A DNA stretch of 64,000 nucleotides from Mobula hypostoma (lineage: Eukaryota): the NCBI RefSeq assembly GCF_963921235.1, contig NC_086097.1, positions 186,870,001 to 186,934,000 on the forward strand, in the 5' to 3' direction. The position numbers were made by a program, and so were the translations under genes. The notes beneath the pieces are model-generated. The model was not told the DNA's origin. It saw only the letters and a list, made by a program, of their open reading frames with translations, and ran no database searches. This document shows, one piece after another, positions 37,400-48,832 of this stretch (position 1 is the stretch's first letter; each line of letters starts with the position of its first letter).

Positions 37400-39870
37400 T
37401 CTTTATCAACTACAGCTCAGCATTCAACGCCATCATCCGCTCAAAACTAATCAATAAGCTTTAAGACCTTGGTTGGCCTCAATACCTCCTTGTGCAATTG
37501 GATCCTCGATTTTTCTCACTTGCAGACCTCAGTCAGTTTGCATTGGCAGCAATATCTCCTCCGCAATTTCCATCCACTAAAATGCACCACAAGCCTATGT
37601 GCTGAGTCCCCTGTTCTACTCACTTTAAGCACAGCTACAATACCACGATCAGTGCGGATTGGAAATAACATCTCCACCTTGCTGACAATTAACTCTGGTG
37701 CTCCACAGGAATATGTGCGTAGCCCACTACTCTACTCTCTCTACACCCATGACTATATGGCTAAGCATAGCTCAAACAGCATATATAAATTTGCTGATGA
37801 TACAACCATTGTTGGCAGCTTTTCAGAAGGTGACAAAAGGACATATAGGAATGAAATATACCAGTTAGTTGAGCAGCAACTCAGTGTCAGAAACACCAAA
37901 GAGCTGGTGTGAAATTCAGAAAGGGTAAGACGAGGGAACACAAACCAATCCTCATTGAGGGATCAGAAGTGTAGAGTGAGCAATTTCAAGTTCCTGGGTG
38001 TCAAGATCTCTGAGGACCCAACCTGGACACAACACATTGATGCAGCTACAAAGTAGATATGACAGTAGCTGTATTTCAATAGGAGTTTGACGAGATTTGA
38101 TCTGTCAGCTAAAACACTCGAAAATATCTACAAGTGTACCATGGAGAGCACTCTGACTGGCTGCATCACCGTCTGGTATGGGGGGAAGGAGGCTACTGCG
38201 TACCAGACGTGTGTGTGTGTGTGTGTGTGTGAGTGTATTTATACTTGTATAACCATATAACAATTATAGCACGGAAACAGGCCATCTCAGCCCTTCTAGT
38301 CCATGCCGAATGCTTACTCTCACCTCGTCCCACTGACCCGCACTCAGCCCATAACCCTCCATTCCTTTCCTGTCCATATAGCTGTCCAATTTAACTTTAA
38401 ATGACAACATAGAACCTGCCTCAACCACTTCTGCTGGAATCTCGTTCCACACAGCTACCACTCTCTGAGTAAAGAAGTTCCCCCTGATATTACCCCTAAA
38501 CTTTCGCCCTTTAACTCTCAACTCATGTCTTCTTGTTTGAATCTCCCCTACTCTCAGCGGAAAAAGCCTATCCACGTCAACTCTATCTATCCCCCTCATA
38601 ATTTTAAATACCTCCATCAAGTCCCCCTCAACCTTCTACACTCCAAAGAATAAAGACCCAACTTGTTCAACCTTTCTCTGTAACTTAGGTGATGAAACCC
38701 AGGTAACATTCTAGTAAATCTTAATGTAACTCAATTTTTTTCCCTGTATGTTTATTTACCATGTATTTCATTGTACTGCTGCTGTAAAGTTAACAAATTT
38801 CACAACCTATGCCGGTGATATTAAATCTGATTCTGATATTCAAGTTTGCTGATGTCACTATGGTCATTGGTGGAAACAAATGTGGTGATGAATCAGCATG
38901 TAGGAAGGAGATTGCAAACTTAATTGACTGGTGTCACAGCAACAACCTCTTACTCAATGTCAGCAAGACCAAGCTGCTGATTCTGGACTTCAGAAGGAAG
39001 AAACCAAAGGTGCATGAGCCAGTCCTCATCTGAGGATCAGAGATGGATTGGGTCAGCAACTTTGAATTCCTTCGTGTTTTCACTTTGAAGAACCTGTCCT
39101 GGGCCCAGCATGTAAGTGTAATTATGAAGAACACACAGCAATGCCTCTACTTCTGTAGGAATTTGTGAAAAGTCAGCATGACATCTAAAACTTTGACAAG
39201 CATCTGTAGCTGTGTGGTGGAGAGTATATTGACTGGTTGCATCACAGCCTGGTGTGGAAACACCAATACCCTTGAATGGAAAATCCTACAATAGGCATTG
39301 GATATGTCCCAGTCCATCACAGATAAACCGCCCCCCCCCTCCACCACTGAGCACATCTACACAGAGCATCGTCAATGGAAAGCACACCCTTCATCAGGGA
39401 CAACCAAACCCTCACCCCTCACCCAGTCATGCTCTTTTCTTGCTGCTGCCAGCAGGAAAAAAGTACAGGATCTTCAGGATTCACACCACCAGGTTCAGGA
39501 GCCGTTATTACCCCTCAGCCATCAGGGTTTTGAACCAAAGGGGGTAACCATTCAACTTCACTTGTCCCATCACTAAACTGTTCCCAAAACCTATGGACTC
39601 ACTTTCAAATACTCTTCATCTTATGTTCTCAATATTTATTGCTTGCTTGCTTGTTTGTTTGTTTATTTACTATTTCTTTCATTTTGTATTTAAAGAGTTT
39701 GCTGTGCTTTGCACACTGGTTGAACGCTCCGTTGGTGTGGTCTTTCATTGATTCTCTTATGGTTGATATTCTATTATGGATTACTGAATACGCCTAGAAA
39801 ATGAATTTCAGTGTTGTATGTGGTAACACAGGTTTATTTACTTAGATAAAAAACTTGCTTTGAATTTTGA
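37400..39870 (+). mobile_element. Two Rex1/Babar-like 3' portions, a (GT)n run at ~38208-38235 and a nested minus-strand CR1 3' end (38250-38722)
   Basis: [17 protein letters not shown] motifs. CR1 ORF 38264-38620. Confidence 0.8.
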
Positions 39871-39984
39871 ATCAATGCATTTTAGGGAATTTTTATGAGG
39901 TAAAAAAACAAGCAGGGTTGAGGAACATGTAGTTAAAACTGCGAGTTACTCAGAAATAGGTCTTCTTAATTCATTTGAATAATT

Positions 39985-42449
39985 AGACCATAAGATATTG
40001 AAGCAGAATTAGGCCATTTGGCCCATTGAGTCTGCTCTGCATTTTCATCATGGCTGATCCATTTTTCCTCTCAGCACCAATCTCCTGCCTTTTCTCCATA
40101 CACCTTCATGCCCTGACCAATCAATAATCCATCATCTTGGCCCTCACAGCTGCCTGTGGCAATGAAGACCACAGATTAACCATTTTCTAGCTAATGAATT
40201 TCCTCTTCATCTCTGTTCTAAATCATTGCCCCTCTATTCGGAGTCTGTGTTCTCTGGTCCTAGACTCTCCCACCATAGGAAACATCTTTTCCATATCCAC
40301 TCTATCAAGGCTGTTCACCAGTTGATAGGTTTCAATGAGGTCACCCTTCATTCTTCTGAATTCCAGTGAACATAGGCCCAAAGCCATCAAACGCTCTTCA
40401 TACGGCAAGCCTTTCAATCCTGGAATCATTTTTGTGAACCTCCTTTGAACTTTCTCCAGTGTCAGCACATACTTTCTAGGTCAAGGGGCCCCAAACTGCA
40501 CACTATACTCCAAGCGAGGCCTTACCAGTGCCTTAAAAATTCTCAACATTATATCCTTGCTTTTGTATTCTAGTCCCAATGAAATGTATGCTAATATCAC
40601 ATTTGCCTTCCTCACCACTGACTCAACCTACAAATTGACCTTTAGGGAATCCTGCATAAAGACTCCCAAGTCTCTTCACATTTCTGATTTTTGAATTTTC
40701 TCCCTGTTTAGAAAATAGTGCATGATCATACACTTTCTGACACTGTATTCCATTGACCACTTCTTTGCCTGTTCTCCTAATCTGTCTAAGTCCTTTGTAG
40801 CCTCTGTACTTCACAAGTCTCCACTTATCTTCGTATTATCCACAAACTTTGCAACAAAGCCATAATTTCCATTATCCAAGGCATTGACATGTAACATAAA
40901 AAAGAAATCGACCCCACGCAGAACCCTGTGGAATGGTCACTACATCCAACCAGAAAATGCTCCTTTTATTCCCTTGGTTGACCTCTTGCAAATCAGTCAC
41001 TGTTTTTTACATTTTAGTATCTTTCCTGTAATACCAAGCGTTCTTAACTTGTTAAGCAGCTTTATGTGTGGCACTATGTCAAAGGCCTTCTGAAAATTCA
41101 AATACACAACATCAACCGATTCTCCTTTGTGTTGGTATTTCTTCAAAGAATTCCAACAAATTTGTCAGGCGAGATTTTCCCTTGAAGAAACTATTTTATC
41201 ATGTGCCTCCAAGTACCCCAAAACCACATCCTTATCAATCGACTCCAACGTCTTCCCAACCACTGAGATCAGAATAACTGGCCTATAATTTCCTTCCTTA
41301 TGCTTTTCTCCCTTCTTGAAGAATGTAGTGACATTTGCAATGTTCCAGTCTTCCAGAACCATTCCAGAATCCAGTGATTCTTAAAAGATCATTACTAATG
41401 CCATGCATAATCTCTTCAGTTAACTCTTTTAGAACCCTGGGGTGTACACCGTATGGCCTAGAGACATCTACCTCCTAATTTTTTTCTGTTTATCAAGAAC
41501 CTTCTCCCTAGTAATTCCCTAGAGGGAGTTAGATATGGCCTTGTGGCTAAGGGGATCGGGGGTATGGAGGGAAGGCTGGTACAGGGTTCTGAGTTGGATG
41601 ATCAGCCATGATCATACTGAATGTCGGTGCAGGCTTGAAGGGCCGAATGGCCTACTCCTGCACCTATTTTCTAAGTTTCTATGTAATGGCAACTTCTCAC
41701 TCATCTGACCCCTGACACTCGGAAACTTCCGCCATACTGCTAGTGCCTTCCACGGTGAAGACTGATGCAAGATACTTACTCAGTTTGTCTGCCATTTTCT
41801 TGTCCTCGTTGCAACCTCTCCAATATCATTTGCTAGTGGTCTAATATCCAGTCTTGCCTCTCTTTTACACTTTATGTATCTGAAAAACTGTTGGTATCCT
41901 CTTTAATGTTAATGGCTAGCTTACTTTTTTGATTCATATTTTCCACCTTACTGACTATTTTAATTGCCTTCTGTTGGTTTTTAAAAGTTTGCCAGTCCTC
42001 TAACTTCCCACTAATTTTTGTTCCATTATGTGCCCTCTCTTTGGCTTTTATGCTGGCTTTGACTTCCCTTGTTAGGCACAGTTGTGTCTCCTTGCCTTTA
42101 GAATACTTCTTCCTCTTCGGGATGTATATATCCTGTGGCTTCCGAACTGCTTCCAGAAATTCCGGCCATTGCTGCTCTGCCATCATCCCTGCCAGTGTTC
42201 TTTTTCAATCAATTTTGGCCAACGCCTCCCTCATACTTCAATAATTCCTTTTACTCCACTGTAATCCTGATACATCTGACTTTAGCTTTTCTTTCTCAAA
42301 TTTCAGGGTGAATTTGATCATATTATGATCACTTACCCCAATGATTCTTTTACCTTTAGCTCTCTAATCAATTTTGGTTTATTGCATAACATCCAATCCA
42401 GAATAACTGATCCCCTAGTGAGCTCAATCATAAGCTGCTCTTTCTTGGG
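39985..42449 (-). mobile_element. CR1-A, 3' portion (a short + strand CR1 3' end is nested at ~41516-41682 with a GTAAT TSD)
   Basis: CR1 ORF2 motifs in ORFs 40223, 41165 and 41872. Confidence 0.85.
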
Positions 42450-42455
42450 ATCTAG

Positions 42456-43079
42456 TTGTCGTTAGGTCGCATCTGGAATTTCCAGTTGGCAGATGATTTC
42501 CTTCCACACCGCTCTGTCCCAACATTTGTCCACAACATCCCTAGTCTTGTCCAGCTTGGTCCAATCCTTGATGTTATCCAGCCACATTGTTCTTTGCCTT
42601 CCTCTTCCTTTCTTTTCCTCCACCTTTCCATATAGCAAGTCCGACAAGATGTTATCTCTCCGCATAACGTGTCCACAATAAGCAACTTTGAACTTCATAA
42701 CCTTCTCCAGCAATATCCGTGGTCTATCAACTTCAGACAAAATCCTCTCATTTGAAACTTTCTCTACCCAGCTGATCTTCAACATTTGTCGATAGCACCA
42801 CATTTCAAAAGCATTAATTCGTTTCATGTCATCCTTCTTCAGGGTTCATGTTTCTGATCCATTCACGAGCTGCTACAAAAAGCCATCTTATAGGATTTTT
42901 AGAAAATCCTTTCATGGGATCTAGTCGTCATTAGGTCGCATTTGGAATTTCCAGTTGGCGGACGATTTCCCTCCACACTGCTCTGTCCCGACACTTGTCC
43001 ACAACATCCCTAGTCTTGTCCAGGTTGATCCAATCTTTGATGTTATCCAACCACATTGTTCTTTGCTTTCCTCTTCCTT
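42456..43079 (-). mobile_element. 3' end of an RTE LINE (42456-42865) plus a duplicated copy of its junction (42866-43079)
   Basis: NGSET.TL...KRINAFEMWCYRQMLKISW...GRGRQRTMW. The second copy repeats the RTE end and flanking CR1. Confidence 0.85.
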
Positions 43080-45431
43080 GCCCAGGTAGATTCAGAATTG
43101 GCTTGCCTGCAGAAGGCAGAGGGTCGTGGTGGAGGGAGTACATTCGGATTGGAGGGTTGTGACTAGTGGTGTCCCACAAGGATTGGTTCTGGAACCTCTA
43201 TTTTTCGTGATTTTTATTAACATAGAAACATAGAAACATAGAAAATAGGTGCAGGAGTAGACCATTTGGCCCTTCGCGCCTGCATCACCATTCAGTATGA
43301 TCATGGCTGATCATCCAACTCAGAACCCTGTACCAGCCTTCCCCCCATACCCCCTGATCCCTTTAGCCACAAGGGCCATATCTAACTCCCTCTTAAATAT
43401 AGCCAATGAACTGGCCTCAACTGTTTCCTGTGGCAGAGAATTCCACAGATTCACCACTCTCTGTGTGAAGAAGTTTTTCCTCATCTCGGTCCTAAAAAGC
43501 TAAAAAGCTTCCCCTTTATCCTTAAACTGTGACCCCTCGTTCTGGACTTCCCCAACATCGGGAACAATCTTACTGCATCTAGCCTGTCCAATTCCTTCAA
43601 GATTTTATATGTTTCAATAAGATCCCCCCTCAATCTTCTAAATTCCAACGAGTATAAGCCAAGTCAATCCAGTCTTTCATTATACGAAATTCCTGCCATC
43701 CCAGGAATTAATCTGGTGAACCTTCTTTGTACTCCCTCTACGGCAAGAATGTCTTTCCTCAGATTAGGGGACCAAAACTGCACATAATACTCCAGGTGTG
43801 GTCTCACCAAGGCCTTGTACAACTGCAGTAGTACCTCCCTGCTCCTGTACTCGAATCCCCTTGGTATGAATGCCAGCATACCATTTGCCTTTTTCACCGC
43901 CTGCTGTACCTGCATGCCCACTTTCAATGACTGGTGTATAATGACACGCAGGTCTCGTTGCACCTCCCCTTTTCCTAATCGGCCATGATTCAGATAGTAA
44001 TCTGTTTTCCTGTTCTTGCCACCAAAGTGGATAACCACACATTTATCCACATTAAATTGCAGCTGCCATGAATTTGCCCACTCATCTAACCTATCCAAGT
44101 CACCCTGCATCCTCTTAGCATCCTCCTCACAGCTAACACTGCCGCCTAGCTTCGTGTTGTCCGCAAACTTGGAGATGCTGCACTTAAATCCCTTGTCTAA
44201 GTCATTAATATATATTGTAAACAACTGGGGTCCCAGCACTGAGCCTTGCGGTACCCCACTAGTCACTGCTTGCCATTCTGAAAAGGTCCTGTTTATTCCC
44301 ACTCCTTGCTTCCTGTCTGCCAACCAATTCTCTATCCATATCAATACCATACCCCCAATACCGTGTGCTTTAAGTTTGCACACTAATCTCCTGTGTGGGA
44401 CCTTGTCAGAAGCCTTTTGAAAATCCAAATATATCACATCAACTGGTTCTCCCCATCCCCTCTACTAGTTACATCCTCAAAAAATTCTATGGGATTCGTC
44501 AGACATGATTAACGACCTGGATGTGGGGGTAGAAGGGTGAGTTGACAAGTTTGTAGATGGCACAAAGGTTGGTGGTGTTGTAGGTAGTGTAGAGGATTGT
44601 CAAAGTTAGCAGAGAGACATTGATAGGATGCAGAAGTGGGCTGAGAAGTGGCAGATGGAGTTCAACCCGGAGAAGTGTGAGGTGGCACGCTTTGGAAGGA
44701 CAAACTCCAAGGCAGAGTACAAAGTAAATGGCAGGATACTTGGTAGTGTGGAGGAGCAGAGGGATCTGGGGATACATTTCCCTGAAAGTTTCCTCACAGG
44801 TAGATAGGGTAGTTAAGAAAGCTTATGGGGTGTTAGCTTTCATAAGTTGAGGGATAGAGTTTAAGAGTCGCGATGTAATGATGCAGCTCTATAAAACTCT
44901 GGTTAGGCCACACTTGGAGTACTGTGTCCAGTTCTGATTGCCTCACTATAGGAAGGATGTGGAAGCATTGGAAAGGGTACAGAGGAGTTTTACCAGGATG
45001 CTGCCTGGTTTAGAGAGTATGGATGATGATCAGAGATTAAGGGAGCTAGAGCTTTACTCTTTGGAAAGAAGGAGGATGAGAGGAGACATGATAGGGGTAT
45101 ACAAGATATTAAGAGGAATAGATAGAGTGGATAGCCTGCGCCTCTTCCCCAGGGCACCACTGCTCAATACAAGAGGACATGGCTTTAAGGTAAGGGGTGG
45201 GAAGTTCAAGGGGGATATTAGAGGAAGGTTTTTTACTCAGAGAGTGGTTGGTGCGTGGAATGCACTGCCTGAGTCAGTGGTGGAGGCAGATACACTAGTG
45301 AAATTTAAGAGACTACTAGACAGGTATATGGAGGAATTTAAGGTGGGGGGTTATATGGGAGGCAAGGTTTGAGGGTCGGCACAACATTGTGGGCTGAAGG
45401 GCCTCTACTGTGCTGTACTATTCTATGTTCT
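43080..45431 (+). mobile_element. CR1-B 3' portion, inside the inverted segment
   Basis: IQNWLACRRQRV...ORF 44938-45372, tail ttctatgttct. Confidence 0.85.
43222..44506 (-). mobile_element. CR1-C, younger, nested in CR1-B
   Basis: 257-aa RT ORF 43664-44437, (atagaaac)n tail, ATTAAC TSD. Confidence 0.9.
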
Positions 45432-45895
45432 AAAATCGAAAAGGGTGAATACTGGACTGAAGATGCCATATTTGAATGTGCATGGTATTTGGAATAAGAT
45501 AGATGAATTTGTACACAGTTACAGATTGGCATGTACAATGTGGTGGGGATCATTGAAACATGGCTGGGAGCTTAACGTCCAAGGATGCACATTGTATCAA
45601 TAGGACAGGCAGAAAGGCAGAGGAGGTGGCTTGGCTCGGGTGGTAAAAAATGAAATCCAATCATTAGAGAGAGGTGACATAGGGTCAGAGGGTGTTGAAT
45701 CATTGTGGATAGAGCTAGGACCTGCAAGGGTAAAAAGACCCTGATGGAAGTAATGCAGACTCCCAAACAGTAGAAAGAATGTGGTCTATAAATTTCAATG
45801 TGAGACAAAAAATACATGTCGAAAGAGCAATTCTACAATAGTCATGGGGGTTTTCAATATGCAGGTAGATTGGGAAAATTAGGTTGGTACTAGAT
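45432..45895 (+). mobile_element. CR1-A endonuclease piece, inside the inverted segment
   Basis: YLNV..IWNKIDE...VGIIETWL...ESLWIEL...MGVFNMQVDWEN. Confidence 0.8.
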
Positions 45896-48832
45896 GTACC
45901 AACACATAGCAGGGCCTTAAGTTGGCCTAAGGGTGTGGTCGACCCTTCCCTTGCGATTTGCCCCAGGTCCAGCTGACTTGGCTAGCAGCACGCTGTAAGG
46001 GTCCCTTGCTCGGGGTTATGAGCGATGGCCAATGGCAGACCCAGCAGGAGACTGATGGGGAAGGTGGAAGAGCTATGACCTTGGAAGAGAATGGTTGCTT
46101 TGCAAGCAGATGATCTACCAAGAAGAGAGGTCGCGATCTCTTTAAACTCACCTGGCAGAAGGCAAAGGCAACCCATTGCTGTAACCTGCCAAGCACATGA
46201 TTTCCCAATATGTCAGTCTCAATAAAGGATCAAAACAATGACGTTAATGGAGCCATGAATAACAGTAGTGGAGTCGCATCCGGCAACGGTAGGAATGAGG
46301 CTACCAGAGTCGTCATCAAGCGAAAACCTCAAGTCAGGATAGGCACGTGGAATATTAGATCTCTTCTTATACAAGGTCAACTAGAAAATGTGGTTATGGA
46401 AGTGAAAAGACTGAAGATAAACATATTCGAACTATGTGAAACGAGATGGATATAGGGTGGATGGCTCAAAGGGGTGACGGATACCAACTGATCTATTCAG
46501 GAGGAAGTGAACGTAAGCACGGAGTTGGAATTTTGGTAGACAAGGAAACAGCGAGAACTATCAAAGGCTGTGTATCCATTAACGAAAGAGTGATGATTAA
46601 ACTCTCGGCTAAACCATCTGACATTAACGTCATACAGGTCTATATACCAACCACGGACTATGACGATGACAAAGTCGATATGGTCTATGGAGAAGTTGAA
46701 AAACTAATGAAAAAGACTAAAAACGATGAAGTAACTGTGATTCTCCACTGCTATGTTGCTACCCTCATCATCTAAGACTGAAAATCTATTCTTCCATTTC
46801 GACTAAATATTCAATCTGTTTTGCTTCAGTGTAAGTTGGCAGTGCAAGAGAAGTTTTGACTGTAGGACCCTTCAGGCTTGGGGAAAGAAATGACCACGGA
46901 GAAAGACTGGTTGAATTTGCAAAAAATAACTAACTAATGATTGCGAACACCTGGTACAGTCTGCCAAAACGGAGAATGTACACGTGGACCAGTCCTGATG
47001 GTTCAGTGAAAAACCAAATAGACTATACTTTAGTACCCAATCGGTTCAGGAATGGAGTGAAGCAGGTGAAAACGTACCCTGGTTCTGACTGCTATACAGA
47101 TCACAACCCTGTGGTATTGGATGTGATTGTGCATTTGAAGAAGATGAGAAAGGCCAAACCATCAAATAAGATAGACTTTGATTTCCTCATTATGGTTGAA
47201 GCAAAAAAGATCAAATACTTAGTCGAAATGGAAGAATAGATTTTCAGTCTTAGATGATGAGGGTAACAACAGTGACAGAAGCTGTGGAAAAGACTTTGGG
47301 TTATCAGAAAAAGAGCAAAGGACATAACCCTTGGTTCAACAATGAGTTGACAAAGTTAACTGGAGAAAGAAGTAAGGTAAAACATTGCGATAATGAACGA
47401 TACAAAGCCCTACACCACTTGATTCAAAGAAAATGCAAGGAAGCGAAAAAGAATTGGATGAATGAACAGTGCGAAAAAATTGAGCAGTATGAACAAAGTT
47501 ATGACTATAAAGGCCTTCACCAAAAGGTAAAGGATATAACAAAATTAAAGAGGACCGTGCCATCAACTGGGTATATCGAAGATGGTAGTGGTAAGCCACG
47601 CTATGAAAAAGAAGAGATCATGGACAAATGGGTTGAGTACATCTTGGAATTATTTATAGATAGCAGGATGGAAGATTTACCGAAATTAAATCAAATGACC
47701 AATCAACCTAAAATATTGATGTCAGAGATGGAAAGTGCGATTTGGAGTCTAAAAGTCAAAAAGGCGGCTGGTGAAAATAAGATTTTCACTGAAATACTGA
47801 AATTCTGAAATCACCTGGTCCGAAGGGAAAAACGAACCTTTTAGCGATATTAAGCAACAGTTATGCGACAGGAAGTCTTACGGAGGACTTTCTCAAATCG
47901 GTATTTATCGCCTTACCAAAAAAAGCCAAGGATGATAAAATGTAACGAGCACAGGACGATTAGCATAATGTCTCACTGCGTCAAACTACTGTTGAGAATA
48001 GTGCTCAGCAGAATGAAAAGTACGATCAGCGAGGAAATTGGAGAAAGGCAGTTTGGTTTTCGTAAAGACTCAGGAACAAGGGAAGGAATATTTGCAATGA
48101 GAAACATTATGGAGAGATGAACTGAGGCACAAAAGACTATCTACTTAAGCTTTACTGACTATGAAAAGGCTTTTGATAAAGTAAGACACAAGAAAGTAAT
48201 AGAGGTGCTGAACAAGTACAATCTGTGATGGAGAATGTGCAGATAATAAGGAACCTGTATTGGAAGCAGAAAGCGGCGGTCAGGGTAGAAAATGAGCTAT
48301 CACCATGGGCATGTATTAAATGAGGCGTAAGGCAAGGCTGTGTTGGATCGTCAGATTTGTTTAACCTCTATGGAGAATGGATTTTTTGGGAATGCGACCA
48401 TCAGGAGGCAGGTATTCCAATCGGAGGCCAGAAGGTCGATAACATCAGATATCTGGACGACACAGCGTTGTTAGCTGACAGCGAATGCGAACTGCAAATT
48501 ATGCTGAATAAAGTGAATGAGAAAAGCCTTGACTACAGACTTAAAATCAACCCTAAGAAAACAAAATCCATGGTGGTGGTAAGCAAAACAAACACTAAAG
48601 ACTCATTCGTAAGAGTATCATTACAAGTGAATGGACAAGACATTGAACAGGCGTGAAAGTTTGAATAACTTGGCAGTTGTCTGACAGATGATGGAGATAT
48701 GAAGTTGAGATCAGAAGGAGAATAGGTATGGCTAAGACCCTGTTCATGAAGCTAAAAGATCTACTATGCAATCTGAAGGTAGACATCCAAAGTAGAATCC
48801 GCTTCCTCGAGTGTTACGTATGGTCAGTACTG
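45896..48832 (+). mobile_element. RTE-clade LINE body (5'UTR, APE, RT), degenerate; its 3' end lies inverted at 42456-42865
   Basis: IGTWNIRSL, YTWTSP..KNQIDY, TDHNPV, QFGFR..SGTREG, IRYLDDT. Ends at CYVWSVL. Confidence 0.9.
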
